Below the pieces are notes generated by a model. It saw only the letters and a program-made list of their open reading frames with translations. It ran no database searches and was not told the origin of the DNA. The position numbers and the translations under genes are program-made. Below are positions 52,769 through 64,000 of a stretch of 64,000 nt of DNA, piece by piece; within the stretch, counting starts at the first letter, position 1, and each line of letters starts with the position of its first letter. Where the stretch lies: NCBI GenBank assembly GCA_002633005.1, contig NMRA01000143.1, forward strand, positions 501,402 through 565,401, given 5' to 3'. Source of the DNA: Phoronis australis (Eukaryota; Animalia; Phoronida).

Positions 52769-55700
52769 TTTGTAATTTGATTGCAAATCTCTAATTCTTG
52801 CCCTTTTTTACCTGTACTCACTGAAGTCAAGGCTGGTGACTACCAACCATTTAAATATTTGGCTTACAATATTAGGCTTGGACTATTCTGCCATGTATCA
52901 AGTGGGCTCAGCTATGCCAGCAAAGCATTTGACTGTGACGGGAAGGATTCCATGGTCGATTCTGCACCGAGGCTGATCTTGGAAAATCACTTCTCTCACA
53001 GATGGTGTCATCTTAATTGCTATGTACTGTGGTTTTAATGGTGGGTCAAAATGACCTACTCAAACTAAAGATAAAATAAGATTGACGTAGTTGATTAAGC
53101 TAATTTACTCTGCTAAGAGACCTGTTTCTTGGGGGTTTAACATTGCCAGCAATATTTGTATTGAAGGTATTGTATGTTTTGGTATGCATTACATTAAGTT
53201 GTTGTTTGCTATTAAATTGTTCAAATGTTGCCAATTCCTATTGATAAGGACAGAATGTGTGTTTATCTTAATGACATTTTCAATTGTAGGACCTTGTCAA
53301 CAAGTCTGGTATCAGCCAAATATCTATAGAGCTTTAGATTTTCACCAATGGTATTTTTTCATTTCTGAAAGTAGAAAGCTTGTACAATTTGATTTTTGAA
53401 TTTTTTAACAATTTGGAATTAACTGGTTCAGGTGAACATGTCATAGTAAAATTTAGTAGAAAAAAAGGAAAGGTAATGATAATACATAACACTGTCAATT
53501 ACATGCTGAAGTTTCATTTGGTGTTCCTGGTGACATTTCCTATACTCAATTGTTTTTTTTTTGGTTTTATGCAGCCTTTGTGCTGTTTGAGGAATGACAT
53601 AAAATTCCTATTTTTGATAGCCCCTCGTACGAAAGTGGGATGAAAACAATTCCTAACAGTCTTTGCCGGGAGAACGCTACGTAAAGCAGTATCTGACAGT
53701 TTCGATTGAATCTGACCCTCCATTTTTTGAAATACGATATTCCAAAGTTACACATTTGTTTTGGGTTCTACATAACCTTAAACGTTTGAGAAAACTGTGC
53801 CACTTGTAGGCTAATTCCTTATCTCTGTGAATACTTGGTCAAATTAGTTAGAGACACTACATATAGCGTTGATGTGAATATGAAGTAGTTAAGAATGAAA
53901 ATTAAGTTTTGTGGCAAAAGTGAACCATCGTAAAGTACTGAATGGTGTCCAGTAAGTATTGTGACGTGGTGCTGGGGAATAACACTGCATAATACAGGTT
54001 ATGTGAGCCCGTGAGGTACATTAGTGCAAAGATCACCTATTTGAAGAATTTTTTGTTTTCACATTTACAAGTTGTCAGTGAATACAACTGCACTTCGTTT
54101 AGCGTAGATTATGTTAAAATAGCATTGTCGTTTAATTGCTGCTATATAAATAGCTTACATCTTTAAATGGCTCTTGTGTGTCATGTACTTGTACTCAAAT
54201 CTTTTGACTAATTTTTTCTTAGTCATGCAAATACCTTGAATTATTACGTAACAGTCGACGTTACACCTGTGAGTATTTCCGTTCCAACAGAACTGGGCAC
54301 CATGTGACTGTCCCTCAAAGACTGGCTCGAGCACCGGTGCATATACTTACGTAATGATTCAAACCGAGACCTCTGTTTAGAATAAATGTTGTTTTCATTT
54401 TTTTAGTGAAATCAGATTCCTTCTATTCAAATAAGTACTATGGCGTCGTATGCTTTGCTTGATCTTTGATTGTGATACGCTTTTTGGCAAGGCCACACGA
54501 GACACGTTCAGTGATGTGTTTTTATGATGCACACAACACGCTCTGGCGGAAAAAGTTCTTTGCAGGTCTCGTGACACTAAAAAGTTGGGAAAAAGCCTGA
54601 CCGTAAGCTATTAAGATTAGTAGAAATACTCTGCAGCTTATACTGTGACACTGGTGTATGTTTTACACCAGTTTATCTCCGTACATTTTCTCGGCATCAG
54701 CAAAATGGATAACCAAGCCTCTAATGTCCTTTGTGGATTAGGCCAAAACAAAAATCGGGTTCCAGCTTGCATCCCAGGCTGGCCTATCCAAAACTAATAG
54801 GGGGTAGTAAAACAATTATAAAATCTTAGTTAAATTGTGTTTGCTTACACAGGTCAACTGTATGACTAATATATGACCTTGCATGTCAATTTCAAACCTC
54901 CGGGTCTTCTGCATAACAAGGTCACGTCTGATTTGCAACCATGAGGACTAGCGACTGTCTCCACACCCAAAATGAGTTTCTAGTTTCAAAATCTAGAAGG
55001 TGGTGCGGTATTGTTGCTCGCTTTTTAAAAAATGGAAATTACCAATACGAGCAAAAATGGTGGAAGATTTGCTAAGTACGGTGCCAAAGTGGGGTCGCCA
55101 CGGCATCGTGTTGTCACATGACTACGAGACCTATAAAATAGCGCCGGATTACGCCTACAAAAAGATTCTTGAGCCCACTTTACAATTTTTGATAAATGAG
55201 AATTTTTGTCTCTATACCAACCTGGCGTCTTCTCGAAACGGATGGCCCGTTAAAAGTAGACTTGACTGCAATGCAGTCCCCGCAATCGGGTGACCGTATG
55301 AACGCTTCATGACATGACTAACTAGTACTGTTCAACTACCGAGCCGTCATGAAGACTTGTCGCATTTCGACCCTCGGCTCAGCGTTACTGAGTAAGCCAA
55401 AAATCCATTGACCTCTGTCCTCATGAAAGTTACTTATGCTGTCAGCAAGTTAATTAGTTAATTACTGTCACATTAAAACACACACAAAAATCACCATAGA
55501 TAAGACTTGTGCATGGTAAATAATTTGCATTCCACCCTACACAGTTTGTGGCAGACAGTGAGCCTTACTAGAAAGGGTGTTGTAGCTGACATGCCGCGAA
55601 TATCCACTGACGTGTAAAGTAGTTGGTGTCAGGGCCCAATGCAGACCCATGGCCTAGAGCCGGTTCAGCCCCAACCTATCCTTAGTGGTAACTAGAAAGA

Positions 55701-56324
55701 TGTAGTTGATGGACAACAAATTGTAGAGTTTCCATTCTTTTAAATTTAGCATTCGTACAGAAAAAAAAGAGACGTTTAGTCGTGTTTTAGTGCAGAATGA
55801 CCTCGACGTCAGAACACCGGTGCCAGTCACTCAATATTCAGTCTGAGACGGACAAGTCTTTATGTTTCTGAGTTGGCTAATTAACTGAATATAAAAGGGG
55901 AGTAAATGGGACCCTTTTGGAAATGGATGCTGAGACCAGCTTTCAGTGAATAATGGACATTGCCGTTATTCAGTGAAGCTGGCCAGTAGCCATTTTGAAG
56001 AGGGACCCGTTTGCTCCACTTTTTACGAAAAGTGTTCTTGCGTGAACGTCATGCAATGGCTGCCGGTGCACGACTGATCTCGCAGTCTTCAAATGAGCAA
56101 ATGTTTCCAATGCCAGAAATCTGCACTAAAGGCGTTGGCGGGCTGTCAAAGACAGTAAGGTGAAAGAGCAGCTAAAAGAAACAGGCAAAATTAAGGCAAT
56201 AATTAAAGTGATTCTTTTGCGGTTGCGGGTAATGTATTTATCGAGAGTAGATTTTGCATGGACGGTTTGGTAGAACTGAGAAAACGGCAATTGGAGCATA
56301 CCAACATGATGAAATTACATCATC

Positions 56325-56999
56325 TCAATGTCTTATGGAGAGAGGAGTAAAGAAGACGTCTTTACGAGTGAACACTACTTTATTGCAGACTCGCTAACTG
56401 TCAACAACATGTTTGTAATACACAAGACCACATCCATACTAGTCACATTTCATAGAACAGTTTGGCAAGAGTTATATAATAAACCATTCTAACTAATTGT
56501 GCCATATAAGGTAAGTGTTCAAAGACGTCCCATTCACTCCCTTCTCTGACCACAAGACAGTAATACATATATGGTGTCAGGAGTTGGCGATTTTTTGTTC
56601 AGTTGTTGCTTACTGTTCTAAAGAATGGATGCTAAGCTAGACTTGAGCCCGCCAGAACCATTTGTATAGCTAGAGAATGACAAAACAGGAGAAAGTTGGA
56701 GTCTGGGGTGGCAGAGACCGATTTGACATTAGTACCTGATCGCGAGTGAACTCGAGGATGCGCAAACGGGTAAACAGAAAGTTAACATTTTACTTCACCT
56801 TCTTGGGGCAGATGGAGTCAAATTGTTCAACACTTTTGATTTGTCGCCGGAAGATAGGTATAATTTAGACGTGGTACCAGCTGACATGTTTTGACCAATA
56901 CTATGGCCATAAGAAGTCCCCAACAAAATAATGTCAGTTCAAGCATGGTTCAAGTAAAGACGTCTTCTTCACTCAATCCTCTCTCCACAAGACATTACA
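56325..56999 (+). mobile_element. Internally deleted Gypsy-type LTR retrotransposon
   Basis: LTR at ~56325-56567, PBS TGGTGTCAGGAGT at 56572-56584 (complement of the tRNA-Leu 3' end), and a decayed gag start from ATG 56625 (PPEPF..W..YLIASE..QKVNILLHLLGADGVKLFNTF). A partial 3' LTR ends ..CAAGACATTACA; TCATC is a possible TSD. Confidence 0.75.
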
Positions 57000-58315
57000 T
57001 CATCCTAAAATTAAGAATGCCATGTATACTTTGCTTTTAATACAAACTGAACGTGACAATGGTCAGAACTGAAATGAAAGGTACAATTATTGCTAACGAG
57101 GTTACCTCCAACAATGACCTGGTGACTGAATCAGTGCCCTGCCCAGTCTTACGATTAGCGGGTAACTAACAAAAGCGCCACATATTGTAAAAAAATGAAA
57201 CTTTACATACGGGCATTAGCAAAATGTCTGCGCCAAGCACAGGCACCTTTAAGTAGCCCTCGACGAAATAGTAGAGAAAGGTACACAACTGCTATTCAAT
57301 ATGGTCGTCTGCCGGGCACTTCCGGAATAACTCCAAGCATGTCAAATCTGAGAGTAATTTAACTCAAAACATTTTATCTGCGACAGCAACACGTTCATTG
57401 CTTCCATTTGTTGACATCGAAATCAATAAAAACAATACCCACCTCCAGATTTTCCTAGTTCAATCGACAACATTCACGGCAAAGCGAAAATCGCTTCAAT
57501 CAGTATCACCTAATGTGCATGCTCATAAGGCCCCTTGCGACATCTTCAGAATGCTTGCGTCAACTAAATACAACAGTTCGAACAGAGTAAGCAGAGAGGC
57601 TCCCGATGGTAATTTGTGAACACGTCGACCTACCTCGCATGAGGTCAAAAAACATGGTTGGCTCTGGGCCTATAAGTCGACTCTTTTTGACACCACCTTT
57701 ATCAGCTTTGTCATGTTTTTTGATGCCTTATAAAGGACCGATCAAAAACATCGACAATGCTCAATTGTGGAATGGGATGTTTCCATTTTCATTTATTTCA
57801 GTGTTAAAACATACGTTTCAAGTTAAGGATCAGGTCACGTAGAGGGTCGCACGCTGATGGGAGTTCACTCACCTGTTCTCATTTTTTCTTTTAATTCCAT
57901 ATATTAAGAAGTCCCCTTTCACTAGGACGACGTTCCTACATCTGTCTTGGAGGGGTGGGCAAGGGACAATTGCTCTGCCCCTCTACAAAACCTGCAGTAA
58001 TATCTACCAGTCTGGAGGCGGAGGATAGACATTAAAAAATATTTGAAAAAACACTTCGCGCAAAGCACGGCAGCTCCAAGACATTCGGCCCAAAAAACTA
58101 TTATGTTCAAAATAAAATAGTCCACTTTCATTGAAAGGATGGAAGTTGAAAACCACTTAGTACCTCATGCATTTACAAATTATACAACTATTTACAAGTT
58201 ATACCAAAGGCATGTTTCCGACTATTTCATAAGTAAGTACATGTAAAAATGTTTTCCACATAGTAACACAACAGCATTTATTTTGCAGATCGCTATTTGG
58301 AGTTCTCGGAAGGTT

Positions 58316-61300
58316 TCAAAGAATCTCGTCCCATCTAAGAGAGTTTGCTGAACAGTTCTTATATGAACGTAACAGGGTAACCGAAGGCAAAACCAGAACG
58401 CGTGTGTCCATAAGATCTTTATAAGCCTGTGGGGATCTCAGCCACAAACCCATGGCCACCATAATGACGTTCTTAGACCAACGGCGCCCCGAAGGAGTCT
58501 TCTGGGAATTTGTTATTGTCTCATTTATAAAAGATTTCATTTCAGTTCTCAGAGTTGGAAAAGCTTTACAGAGAGAAATTTCCAATGTATCCTCCGTGCA
58601 TATACATTTGTCCACTTTTTCTTCTGTTGCCTTCCGAGACGTTGGTGACTTCTCATTATCATCCATATCCTGAAAATAGTGGCAAAATAAATATAGATTA
58701 CTACATGGCGAAGTCGCTATCCCCCGAGTGGATTTTGGAGAATTACCGCCCAACGGGCGTTAGCCCGGGGGTGATAATTCTCCATAATCCACGAGGGCTC
58801 TAAATAAGGGGATAACGACTGAGAACATGTAATAATCTATTTATACCACATACTGAACGAAAAACATTGCAATGAAACAAACTAGCTTTCTCGACTCGCC
58901 TCGGCTTTGCAACTACTTTCTATGTCAGAGGCCGGGGTCGTGACCTTTTAAGAAAAGCCGAGCTATTTTTGTCAAATACTGCATTTACTTAAAACCAATT
59001 AAAAATTTAAACAAAATAGTGAATCTATAAACTAAGGTTTAGCAACTATTATAGCTTATTACACATTTGAACACATTAAGCTTTGACCGTGAAAATATCA
59101 TCTGCTAAAGTAGGCTACCACTGGTAACTAAGTATAATGCTCAAGTCAGAGGATTCTGACGGCACAATACCCACATTCACATTGGAAATCGGTGACTTAC
59201 AAGACAAAGTGAAAGAACATGAGAGAAAAATTTCACTGAATTAAAATATTGTTTTTATGGAAATTATGCTTCTTAATTTTCATAGCATATAAAAGTCGGT
59301 ACAGTGCCCTTTGTTGAACATGTGATTGTTGCGCGTACTCATTTAAGTATTCTATTATCACGTTCGATGACGTCAGCCGCTGAGTGGTGCAGTGGTAAAG
59401 TCGACGACCCGAAACTCTTGCGGCTTGGGTTCGAAACCGGCCTCGGTTCCCGCCAAAATGTTATTTCACTAGTGAAATAACTAAATGGGTTATTACACGG
59501 TTGTATAGGCCATTTGAGGCTGATGTTGTGGTATAAATGAAGTTACTTAGCATCTGCTTTGGATCTCGTGTTCAGGATTAAGGCCATGGTTGATGCTGCA
59601 AACCTGGTCAGCTAGGAGTTGGTTCGAGTCGAGTTTGTGATGCCTCCAATCTGAAGGTGACAAATTTCCATGTCAACAGTAGTCCACCCCACCCTGCTGA
59701 AAGGGCCTTCTTTTACAAAAGACCTGCTTCTATGACAGCCAGATTTTTCTTGCTGTAGGAAAGTCGGCAACTATTTTTTCTTTTCAATTACATGGCTTTA
59801 GAATATTGAGATTTTGATTATTTTCTCACATTGTAATCCTAATCAGAGATTAAAACCACTGATCAGAAAAGTGGGCTTAAAAATGTGCCTCAACAGCCAT
59901 TGACCCAAGAATCCCCATGATGGCATGGAAACGCTGCTCATGGTGCTGTGCCGCTCTAGAAATAGGACAGTAGAGCCTACTGTATCATTATTTCAGCAGT
60001 ATTCAACAGCCTTGTTTTATGCAAAAGATGACAATGCCGTATTTAATTCATAAAAACATTAGTTTACAGGGTCAGATCCAGGACTAGAAGTTAGGGGGGG
60101 GGGGCTGAGTGTAAGCCAGGACTTTGGCCATCAAACATTCACACCCTCATACTGCTAACCCTAACAGGGTATAAACTAAAATTTATCTTCCGTTACGGAA
60201 TTGGGGTTAACATCTTTTTGAAACAGACTTCGTTCAAATTTTGAACTTGTCTCACAATTTAGTTGGTGCTGCAGAGGAAGAACACAGAGAAGGTGAATCC
60301 AGCTGTCCCGGATTGCCCGATGTGACGTTTGAAGGTGTAACTTTTGTGATTTGTGCAAGGTTCAAAGGATCAAGTGATATGTCTGCTACATTTTACCACA
60401 ATTTGTGAGATGTTGAATTATATAATCATGTTGTAATTTTGACTTTAGGTGGCATCAGAAATATTGATGACTTTGATGAGGGGTCTAATGACGAGTTTGG
60501 TGAAGATGAACTTCACGAAATTGAGAATATGGTACAAGGAAATAATTGAAATAAATTTTACGTGTTACATTTTGTTTTCAGCAATTGCTTCTTTAGAATG
60601 TATATCAAAATGCTTCAACCCAATATCTCCTTTAAGTTATTACATATTTTGTTGTTTACCGTATGTTGATTTCCACTTCTTTCACTAAAAGTATTGCACG
60701 TAACATTAAAGCCTCATGCACCAATCACTTTTGTTAGTTCATGATGATTAAACTCAAACCATCTTTTCAGAGCAAGCAATTGAAACTGAGGCTAGTGACT
60801 TTGATTGGCTTATACACTTCCATGAAAATAAAAAGCGGCCTGGTAATCGTCACATGTCCAAAGAAACCGCCATGTTTGGAAAAGACACCATTTCTTTGTA
60901 CAAATCTTTTTTGACAACAAACGACAGCAAAGACTTACTTTCACTCATGAGCAAAGTCAGCGCACATGTTAAGGCTCAATCTGAAATAGCTCGGATTCGA
61001 GGATTGCTCGCGCGGCGAGTAAAGGATTTAGTTTTGTCATCAAAGTCTGTGCGTTCGAAAGTCTGTGCATTCGATAACCCCAAGACGCTGTACCCCGGTC
61101 TTGGTAAGCCCCGATATATTGGAAGTAGATGTATCGCCAAGGCCAGAAATTATTAGATCAGATGCATCAGAACAGCAATGTACACAAACAGAACTCTGTA
61201 TGGAGAGTGTCGTGCAAAGTTAGATTGTATTGAGAAACTAAAAGCATCGCAGGTTGAAATTTTGACTGCAACTATGCGGACGGAAACACTCTGTGACATC

Positions 61301-63402
61301 CTGAGGAAGCAAAACACACGTTGTAGGCTGACACACATCACCGATAATACATTCACATTTTAGAAGCGCTCGATTCAGAGAGACAATTGGTGCAAAATGT
61401 GTTAAGTCCAGAAGCCAAAATGAACTCGCAGTGTTTTAAAAAAGTGTGTGACAATAAAGGTCTTCAGCGCATATGGTTACAGTTAGTGCCTGATGCAAAA
61501 GTGTGTGACAATAAAGGTCTTCAGCGCATATGGTTACAGTTAGTGCCTGATGCAAAAGACTATGTAGCAATGGCCGTTATGAAAGAAGTTTGTAAGAGAT
61601 ACATGATGGTTGGGAACAACCAATTCTGCAAGTACTTGGTAGAGACATTGGGAAAAAAGAAAAGTTCTGCACATCGAGTAAACATTCAAACATAAGGAAC
61701 AGATAAGCTTTACTCAATAGATGACTTTCAAAACGATCATTCTCCAAACAAACAACTCTCACACTATACCCAGAAAGGGCAATTCTGGAAAATCGACAGA
61801 GCACAAACCATATCACGAAATCCCAGTTGACTGAAGTTGCAGCAATATACAATAAACACCTACTAAAGTCAATCCTAAAGAAAGACCTTTGTGAATTTGT
61901 ATGTAATCTTATTTCCGCGGCAGATGGCATACCACAGCCCCAGTCACAAAATGTGTTCATAGTTTGTTGTAAGGTAGATGGAGACAGCGGAAAGGAATGA
62001 GTCCAGTGCACACACTGTGAAGGGAGGATGGACCGGAAGTGCAGTGGCCTCACCCAACAGGAAGTACAAGAGATGGCAGAGGATTACCCATTCCGGTGTT
62101 CCCAGTGCACTTCAAGTACCAGCTAATGTATGCAAATGTGTGCTGGATTTTTAATGTCCCTTACTTACCGATACAACTTTAACAAGTTTTTTGCGAGGTT
62201 GCACTGTTATACATTGATAGCACATCTGTTGTCTGCCAAAGTTCACAACCTTGTGACATGACACATGATGTCCCCGTAATCCGTCATTGGTCGAGACAGT
62301 TGAGAAGCTGCCACGCTTCAGTAACAATGTGGTGTCATTGACTTTCCATCCTCCACAGAACTTTAACCTACAAAGAATAACATTTGAGAATGTTGAAAAC
62401 ATCGGAGTACTCCCTTCTCCTCAGTCATTTACTGTACCTCACAAAATGTACATTTTATGAATTCACACAAATTAATCGACGCAGATAAACTTTTTTAATC
62501 ATATCAAGATTGTCTGCACATTCTTCTAGTCTGCTCAGAAATATTGGCCACTTGAGGAAGTGTAGGTTGCTTAAACTCTAACATTTGCATTTCACAAGTT
62601 GATAAAATATTGCATTTTCAGCTAAATAGAGCACATCAATTGCTTTGTGGATTTACCTTGTCAGCAATCTTGTGAATGTTATGAAATTGGGTGCACTCCA
62701 CTCAAATGTCTTTGGAAAGTGTAGGATGTCCATATCTACTTTGCATCCATCCACTATTAACTCTACTTCCTGTCTGGATATGGTGATGTTTATGTTATGT
62801 TGTTTCAATTTGCAGTACACTCTTTGCTCACTGCAATCAGTCACATATAGTGATGCCTGGATTTCCTCACTTGACTTCAAGAACTCTGCCACCTGATGGG
62901 TGGTCTCCATGGCTGGGATTTCCCGGTGATATCGCTGACAGATCCCTGCAAAAACCTTGGGATGTTTTCCTTTCTTTGTAACTGCTTTGCGCGTGCATCC
63001 CACAAGGTGGCTCACATAATTGCTGAACATCATTACAGAGACTGGAGTTTCTTGTACTCGTTCGCAGAACTTGGAGTAGGCCTTATAAGCCAAAGAAACT
63101 CCAACCTGTTCATGAAGATCTGTGGATTTTTCAAAGTTGTTCAATATCCTATAAAAAGCATAACAATTATTCAGGTTTGACCAGAAGTTAAAGTCTTTTG
63201 TTTAATCAATGATAGCAAATAATTTTTCAGGGCCATTAAATGTAATTTGAACAGGAATAAAAATCAAAATTTTTAATCGAATTTGACCATTCAGAAGAAA
63301 TTAAAAATTGAAGATGGGTAGTGTAGTAATTGTGTAATATGACTTAATGTTTTCTGTTAATGTTGAACACAGAGTAACCTACCAATAGCTAGTAAACTTC
63401 AT
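58316..63402 (-). CDS. Spliced, catalytically truncated P-element-superfamily transposase-like protein with N-terminal RFX-like winged helix, ~354 aa
   Basis: Exons 63402-63383 (MKFTSY-TG|gtagg), 63148-62657, 62367-62169 and 58669-58316 have phases 2/2/0 and no internal stops. Domains in order: WILNNFE..AYKAYSKFC..PVS..F..GK..VFAGI (RFX-like), then CGG..H..C..CxxC, then GRRWS..AMGLWLRSPQAYKDL..LVLPSVTLLRSYKN (P-type transposase N-terminal region). No DDE core follows. Confidence 0.7.
58692..59538. mobile_element. Non-autonomous element with split termini and an internal complementary region (Crypton/tyrosine-recombinase-like)
   Basis: The left end ATAGATTACTACATG and right end TGTGGTATAAAT, when joined, are the near-exact reverse complement of the internal CATGTAATAATCTATTTATACCACA (58826-58850). 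The left part folds as a long hairpin. Confidence 0.5.
59376..59448 (+). other. tRNA-derived (SINE-head-like) sequence or tRNA pseudogene
   Basis: A-box TGGTGCAGTGG (59385-59395) and B-box GGTTCGAAACC (59428-59438) at tRNA-like spacing; acceptor and anticodon stems are imperfect. Confidence 0.45.
60263..62126 (+). pseudogene. Decayed PHD-finger gene nested antisense in intron 3 of the P-like transposase
   Basis: Probable small acidic exons at ~60263-60334 and 60449-60531, then a long exon from 60771 with stops and frameshifts: GKPRYIGSRCIAKAR*, RKQNTRCRLTHITDNTFTF*, and a terminal V(F)IVC..E*VQCTHCEG(R)MDRKCSGL..YPFRCSQC, read as a degenerate PHD finger. It also contains a 57-bp tandem duplication at ~61438-61557. 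Confidence 0.65.
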
Positions 63403-64000
63403 GTTGTTTGGTAACAGTGCTGATACTCTTTCAATCTGTCAAAAGAAAAAAGGTGTGTAATTATTTGCTGTAATTACATTAAGTTAAATGTAATGCATAG
63501 GCGGATTTAGGCACCAATTTTTGAGAATGTAGACATTTATTAAGATTCACGAGGTACTTCAGAGCTGCAAATAGTGCGCTCGCCAAATTTTGGTAGTTCC
63601 TGTCTTCAGTGAACTTTTGTCACGCTTTGTACTTTTTTGGAGTTTTTGTTTCTCTGAGGTGCACCTTTTTACCCACTTCACCATATTGGGGGAGGATCGT
63701 TGAAGCCACCGAGCCCCGGCCCCACCTCTAGGTGGGCGCATGACTAGAGCTATGTTTCTTTTTCACAAAATCTTATCACCTATGATACTTCTCTTGCACT
63801 CAATGTTCATACTTTTGTTTGCAGTTAGACCACGTAATTGGTGAAAGTTTCAGCTCAGAAATATGAGCAGAACCCGACACGCAGCAAGTGACATACATCT
63901 TGCCAGTCTATTGTGAAGTCGCAAACTCATTCAGTAATTCATGGTTTCAGCAGATTTCTAGCTGTGAAAAAATTGTTCTCTGCGAAACACAAAACAAAAT

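Larger units (their letters stand above)
58154..63564 (-). mobile_element. Putative internally deleted P-superfamily DNA transposon (~5.4 kb)
   Basis: Imperfect ~30-bp terminal inverted repeats: CACTTAGTACCTCATGCATTTACAAATTATACA on the left versus the reverse complement of the right end, CTCTGAAGTACCTCGTGAATCTTAATAAATGTCTACA. The flanks TTGAAAAC and CTGCAAAT match 5/8 and may be a decayed 8-bp TSD. The element encloses the P-like transposase gene. Confidence 0.5.

Noticed and set aside
57398-58131. Short ORFs and a donor-like site left of the P-like element (YYCRFC motif)
   Set aside because: No recognisable domain or consistent exon chain.
59376-59448. Functional tRNA gene
   Set aside because: A and B boxes are present but I could not form a clean cloverleaf, and it lies within a repeat.
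59545-59752. Extra minus-strand exon of the P-like transposase
   Set aside because: It has an acceptor-like site, but the required phase-0 frame contains a stop, and the flanking exons join in phase without it.

Overview
AT-rich, intron- and repeat-rich animal DNA, probably a marine invertebrate, with one assembly gap (30083-30601). Four host genes were rebuilt by hand from phase-consistent GT-AG exons: a 3-exon small heat-shock protein with a mitochondrial-presequence-like N-terminus (-), a 9-coding-exon SLC35A4-like nucleotide-sugar transporter (-), an 11-exon MPP10/MPHOSPH10 (-), and a pipsqueak-type HTH fused to about 17 C2H2 zinc fingers (+). Mobile DNA includes two decayed LINEs, Penelope fragments, a deleted Gypsy element with a tRNA-Leu PBS, several MITE families and four Helentron-like repeats carrying CTCF-like motifs; there are also many minisatellites. 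The most unusual region is about 58.15-63.56 kb. It is a putative P-superfamily transposon whose spliced transposase begins with an RFX-like winged helix rather than a THAP domain and has lost its catalytic core. Its third intron holds an antisense, decayed PHD-finger gene and a Crypton-like element. Family assignments come from motif recognition by eye; no database searches were run.
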